From contig DXJO01000007.1 in assembly GCA_019057475.1 (NCBI GenBank), positions 43,192 through 107,191 on the forward strand: a stretch of DNA of 64,000 nt, given 5' to 3'. This stretch comes from Candidatus Thorarchaeota archaeon. Its GTDB lineage: Archaea; Asgardarchaeota; Thorarchaeia; Thorarchaeales; Thorarchaeaceae. Below the pieces are notes generated by a model. That model did no database searches. It saw nothing but the letters and a program-made list of their open reading frames with translations, and had not been told where the DNA came from. Of this stretch, positions 59,599 to 64,000 are shown in pieces (position 1 is the stretch's first letter; each line of letters starts with the position of its first letter). Position numbers and translations under genes: made by a program.

Positions 59599-60033
59599 TC
59601 AGTCGCCCCTTCTCGCTCGGACCACATCGGCCTGAGCAATAGTCAGACTTGAGAGGTCCGCCTTGGCAGCGGCCCATTCATCAAGGTCAGGAAATTCCTG
59701 AATCATGCCATCCCATATGAGATGGTAGACTCTCTTGAGGACGACCGATGAATTCGATTCCTTCCCCATGTATTCGAAGAACGCCTTGACCTGAGCAGGA
59801 GTCTGCTCTGTCATCTCCTGAGGTATGTCGGTACCAAAGCCTGCAAAGGCCACCTCAAGTTCGCGAAGGACATCCATCCGCTCACGGATGCCCGCAGCAA
59901 TAACAGGCAAATCAATGTCAAAGGCACTGAAGCTCATGATTAGCTTCTTCTTGCTAATTACGCCGTACGGCAGTTTGATTTCACTTGCGCTCAACTGACT
60001 CTCTCTCCAAATTGACGCTGTTCTTTCTCGCAC
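59599..60033 (-). CDS. Hypothetical protein, probably co-transcribed with the Cys/His-tail protein
   Basis: 29-bp gap to 59569; same strand. Confidence 0.65.
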   Translation of the reverse strand: MRERTASIWRESQLSASEIKLPYGVISKKKLIMSFSAFDIDLPVIAAGIRERMDVLRELEVAFAGFGTDIPQEMTEQTPAQVKAFFEYMGKESNSSVVLKRVYHLIWDGMIQEFPDLDEWAAAKADLSSLTIAQADVVRARRGD

Positions 60034-60130
60034 CTTTGGCTAGATAAGCGTTTCAGGTCGTCACACAGCTAATCGTCTTGAGCGAGCAAACGCGAATCCT
60101 TAAGACGATAGGAACGCTTCACCGATTTCA

Positions 60131-61552
60131 ATGCCCGTTCCTCAGTATGACTACAAGCTTGAAGATTTGCAGTGGGTTCCTGCATTCATGGAGGAAGTCA
60201 AGGACTACTTCTTCGCAAGAGCAGAAGACAATCTCCTGATTTTGAGACCCAACAAAGTGATGCATCTAAATGAAACAGGCTTGAGAATGCTGAAGCTGCT
60301 CCAAGAGGGGTCAACTCCCGAGGAGATCGTTGATCACTTCGTCAGTGAGCATGGAGCTGAGTTTCAGCTCGTGCTCAATGATCTCGCCAACTTCGTGGAC
60401 GACCTGAGAAACATGACGATGGGCAATCAGAACATCTATTCCTACAAGACCGCACGAATCATTCCCTTTGGCACGGGGGAGATCAAGTATCCTGTACTCA
60501 GTGAGATAGCCGTGACTTACAGGTGCAACAACAAGTGCCGGTTTTGCTACGCGTACTCGCCCTACCGGGAATCAGGAGAAATGACGACAGAACAGATCAA
60601 GCGAGTGATAGACATCATCGTCGATGACGCACATGTTCCAAGCCTGTCCTTCACCGGAGGAGAGCCCACGCTTCGAGAAGACCTCTTTGAACTCATTGCC
60701 TATGGCAGAGAGAAAAGCCTCCGTGTGAACCTTATTACTAACGGCAGGCGTTGTGCTGATAAGGGATATGTGCAGTCCCTGGTGGATGCAGGACTCAACA
60801 GCGCACAGGTTTCAATAGAGGGGCCCGATGCAGAATCTCATGACTACATCGTGGGGATCCCGGGAGCCTTTGACCAAACAGTTCAGGGAATAAAGAACCT
60901 GAGAGAGACCGACATCTACACACACTGCAACACAACAATTTGCAGCCCGAATGTTGATCGGTTAGAAGACCTTGTAGACTTCCATGCAGACGAGTTAGGA
61001 TTGACGTATTTCAGCATGAACATGATCATTTACACAGGAACTGCTGCCAAGTTACGCGATGAATTGCAAATCACCTTCTCTGAAATCGGAGATATCGTTA
61101 GGCGTGTGAAGAAGAGAGCGAACAAGAAAGGCATCCAGTTTGTATGGTACGCTCCAACACCGGTATGCCTTTTCAACCCCATAGCACACGGCCTGGGTGC
61201 AAAGCATTGTGCAGCCTGCGACGGCCTAATTTCTGTTGATGCCGAGGGAGGGCTTCTTCCTTGCTCAAGCTTCAGTGAGCCCGTTGGTAATTTGCTCGAA
61301 GAAGGATTTGAGAAGGTATGGTACAATCGAGCATCCAAGTTTTGGAGAGCCAAGGAGTATGCACCTGAGGGGTGCAAGAGCTGCGAACACTTCCATTACT
61401 GCTATGGTGCGTGCCCATTGTACTTCGATGTCATGGGCTTCGAGGAAATTGCACCTTTCTGGTCCGAGAAAGGTAAGATTGGGGTGAAATTAGACGACCT
61501 TAGGTTGCGACTGAGAAGGCGGGTAAGAGGCGACCAGCGCGGGATTACCTAG
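60131..61552 (+). CDS. Radical SAM/SPASM enzyme with N-terminal PqqD/RRE domain
   Basis: LNETG...TPEEIV...DLANFVDDL (PqqD-like); CNNKCRFC; TGGEP; SPASM CAAC..G.LLPC..GNL..CKSC....C..AC. Confidence 0.92.
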   Translation: MPVPQYDYKLEDLQWVPAFMEEVKDYFFARAEDNLLILRPNKVMHLNETGLRMLKLLQEGSTPEEIVDHFVSEHGAEFQLVLNDLANFVDDLRNMTMGNQNIYSYKTARIIPFGTGEIKYPVLSEIAVTYRCNNKCRFCYAYSPYRESGEMTTEQIKRVIDIIVDDAHVPSLSFTGGEPTLREDLFELIAYGREKSLRVNLITNGRRCADKGYVQSLVDAGLNSAQVSIEGPDAESHDYIVGIPGAFDQTVQGIKNLRETDIYTHCNTTICSPNVDRLEDLVDFHADELGLTYFSMNMIIYTGTAAKLRDELQITFSEIGDIVRRVKKRANKKGIQFVWYAPTPVCLFNPIAHGLGAKHCAACDGLISVDAEGGLLPCSSFSEPVGNLLEEGFEKVWYNRASKFWRAKEYAPEGCKSCEHFHYCYGACPLYFDVMGFEEIAPFWSEKGKIGVKLDDLRLRLRRRVRGDQRGIT

Positions 61553-61607
61553 CATATGCTTGCAACTATGCCTTCTCAGCAGGCCCTGAGCGATAGAACG
61601 CGAACTG

Positions 61608-62321
61608 TCACCGCCCAAGTTTGTTCGTGATTAAGTGACCACAGTAGGGGCAATATTCTTCTTCACCAGGCAATATTGGGGATGAGAGCTTTCCTCCACA
61701 GTTCGGACAGAATGTGACGGCCTTAGGCAGTTCCTCAACGGCCTCTTTCGTGTAGATCACCCTGGAATTTTCGTCAATCGTTCCACGGAACTTGCCTTTC
61801 TTGGATAGCTCAGTTATGGCTTCAACTATCTGTTCGTCTGTAGCTTCTGTGACCTCTCTCAGTTGGTCAAAAGTCATCCTCCGCTGAGCGAAGAGCAAAT
61901 GTAGGATGCTCTCCTTCAGTTCAACCGCTCGGGGACTGACTATCTCGTTGGAACGGCGGTCTAGGTACATTAGCGGCATTCGGCGGGTGGCCATCTTCTC
62001 CGCAGCGTCCGCTACTGCCTTCTGAGAAACCCCCAGTTCCTTGGCGGCTGCTGTTACGCTAATGCGACCTTCTCTCTGCACTAACGGCAAAAGTCTATCA
62101 CCGATACCTCCAATTCGGGCCTCTCGCGTTCCCTTCAATATCAACCACAATCCAATGACAAATTCTGGAAGACCCAATAGCCCCCACGAGATAACTGTGT
62201 ACAGCAAGACGTCACTGGGGGTTGTGACAACATCGAGTGTAGCATTATACACAATCAGAGCCATAACGGCGGAGATGATAACGAGTATTAGCCCGATGAG
62301 CTGTGCCAGACGCGGATTCAT
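61608..62321 (-). CDS. 2-TM protein with winged-helix/PCI-like domains and C-terminal zinc ribbon
   Basis: Two TM; ISVTAAAKELGV; ELSKKGKFRGTID (PCI-like G.ID); CPNCG...CPYCG. Confidence 0.7.
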   Translation of the reverse strand: MNPRLAQLIGLILVIISAVMALIVYNATLDVVTTPSDVLLYTVISWGLLGLPEFVIGLWLILKGTREARIGGIGDRLLPLVQREGRISVTAAAKELGVSQKAVADAAEKMATRRMPLMYLDRRSNEIVSPRAVELKESILHLLFAQRRMTFDQLREVTEATDEQIVEAITELSKKGKFRGTIDENSRVIYTKEAVEELPKAVTFCPNCGGKLSSPILPGEEEYCPYCGHLITNKLGR

Positions 62322-62487
62322 TTCAGTCAGACCTCATTCGTTTGCCTGTCATGCATCGTAATTATAGCTTCTGCCTCAAGTCCAGCGAAAAAAGGTCTTG
62401 GATGCCTTCGAACGTGATACAGACATTCAATACAGAATCATTTAAGAATGGAGAAGGTCACTTTCGCAATACAGACCCGTATAGGAC

Positions 62488-62916
62488 GTGAATGAATCTT
62501 TGGTTATTGATAGAGAGGGTGCGACCTCGGCAATCATTTTGCATTTTACAGAGGGGAAGCCTGTAGAATTTCCGGCTGAGTTTGTTGTTGACATCGGGGA
62601 AAAGGCAGCACTTACAGTGTTGCACCACAAAGACAAAGTTGTAAAATTGTTTCCTGTAGCCAGTGAAGACATCAACCTGCTTCGAATCGAAATAAGCGAC
62701 CTCTCTCGAAACTTCCTAAAGCAGCTCAACTTTGCCTTCAACGACGCCAAGTTGTCGGACATTATCTTCACAACTGGAGTTTGTCTTAGAGGCGAGCGTT
62801 GTTATTATGAATGCTACTTCACTCCGGAACAGCTGGTTGTAACCATGAAGGAGCTTGAGGACAACCTCAAGAAGATCCCCGGAGTCTCAAGAGTAACACT
62901 CAGGAAGGTCGAGTAG
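62488..62916 (+). CDS. Hypothetical protein, possible C-terminal ACT-like domain
   Basis: Ends LKKIPGVSRV; GVC...C. Confidence 0.6.
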   Translation: MNESLVIDREGATSAIILHFTEGKPVEFPAEFVVDIGEKAALTVLHHKDKVVKLFPVASEDINLLRIEISDLSRNFLKQLNFAFNDAKLSDIIFTTGVCLRGERCYYECYFTPEQLVVTMKELEDNLKKIPGVSRVTLRKVE

Positions 62917-63090
62917 ACTCTTCGCCTTTGCAGGCCGCACAACTCAATCATAGGTTAGGCAAAAGCTATTCACCCAAATGATACATTCAATATGAAACAA
63001 CTCACGCGCCTCATGCCGGAGTATCTAGGGTCGCCTTTATGAACGTCGAGGAGTAGCGCCTACCACTGACCCAAACAGGCAGCGACACCT

Positions 63091-63702
63091 GTGAGGCTCA
63101 CAGCCATCATCAACATCAGCATGATTGCATTCGCATTCGGACGCCCCGACTGGTGGAGGAACGATTGGAGGTTGACCGCAGAGTGGGCCGGTGTCTATAT
63201 TGACTCTTTTGACTGGTGGGTCGGAGAAACACTTCCGTCTGACAGGTATATCAATTCCTACCTTCTGCCTCCGTCTGAGCTTGGGTTCAGGACTGGTCAT
63301 CATGTGGACACTTGTGACGATCCGAACCATCAATATGGCTACCGATTCTATGCGCGACCACTGGATTACACTCCGCACCTCATGGCAATAGGAGAGATTG
63401 ACATATCAATCTCAGGCTGGTTCAGACAGTATGACACTCTGCCGCAGGCTGATTGGGAGAATCGCCGATACATCGAAGCCTATGTCATGGACTCGGATGA
63501 TCAGGTCATAAAGACCCAATGTATCGTTGAATACTATGATGGTACTGACTGGGTATATCGACATGTCCATTTCAAGTTGCCTTGGGGATGGTACTTTGGC
63601 TATTACCATATTGTGATTGGACGTTGGGATTGGTGGTATTCTGACTGGAATCTAACAGTCGAACTCTGCAGCGTGCAAATCACTGTGGGAATTACCTATT
63701 GA
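63091..63702 (+). CDS. Trp/Tyr-rich hypothetical protein with an internal repeat, possibly 5'-truncated
   Basis: FGRPDWWRNDWRLTAE vs IGRWDWWYSDWNLTVE. Confidence 0.55.
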   Translation: MRLTAIINISMIAFAFGRPDWWRNDWRLTAEWAGVYIDSFDWWVGETLPSDRYINSYLLPPSELGFRTGHHVDTCDDPNHQYGYRFYARPLDYTPHLMAIGEIDISISGWFRQYDTLPQADWENRRYIEAYVMDSDDQVIKTQCIVEYYDGTDWVYRHVHFKLPWGWYFGYYHIVIGRWDWWYSDWNLTVELCSVQITVGITY

Positions 63703-63723
63703 GCCATTTTCCTTCATAGTGAG

Positions 63724-64000
63724 TTAGTTGAACAGCCAGACCACGTCACAGAAGGTCACGTTCCCCAGACTGGACTCCGAGTCTACAGTTCCTCGAACGA
63801 CGACGATCGATTGTTCTGGTGGTGCTGTATCTCTCCACACGAAGTGCAGGCTACCGCTACCGTCGGATATGAAAACCCACTGTGTATTGTCAATGAACTC
63901 TATCAAGACCTGGGTGACGTTACCCTTCACAGTGACGACAGTTCCTGCAGGTATGATGCCCTCGTTTATATCTGATATCTTCGTGAGCTGTCCGTAGCCA
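63724..64000 (-). CDS. Partial CDS, OB-fold-like small protein
   Basis: Frame open to the window edge: KISDI...VTVKGNV...ISDGSG...VVVRGTV. Confidence 0.55.
   Translation of the reverse strand, partial: GYGQLTKISDINEGIIPAGTVVTVKGNVTQVLIEFIDNTQWVFISDGSGSLHFVWRDTAPPEQSIVVVRGTVDSESSLGNVTFCDVVWLFN

Overview
Gene-dense archaeal chromosome window, most likely from an Asgard archaeon (Thorarchaeota-like). This is inferred from archaeal TATA/SD signals, cofE, citG, a TFS paralogue, a GTPBP1-type GTPase, a TPR-longin protein and a PCI-like protein. Housekeeping content: cofE, three MFS transporters, hbd with two tandem alpha/beta hydrolases, a P2-type ATPase, Xaa-Pro peptidase, a PadR pair, grpE-dnaK-dnaJ, a sirtuin, gyaR, ogt, DUF1015-serC and two USPs. 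There are four large membrane-anchored S8 subtilases, one with a site-1-protease-like architecture, and two mobile-element relics (an IS5-like pseudogene, and a truncated tnpB that splits a nitroreductase gene). The two best candidates for an undescribed system are: (1) a PqqD/RRE-radical SAM-SPASM enzyme (60131-61552) transcribed divergently from a membrane protein whose C-terminal tail is a (CHSA)n repeat with 11 Cys and 9 His in 49 aa, suggesting RiPP-like modification of a membrane-protein tail; (2) two paralogous 33/35-aa peptide genes absent from the ORF track (5377-5478 and 5630-5737, minus strand), each with its own TATA box, directly upstream of two tandem MFS genes. No rRNA, tRNA or CRISPR array was recognised.
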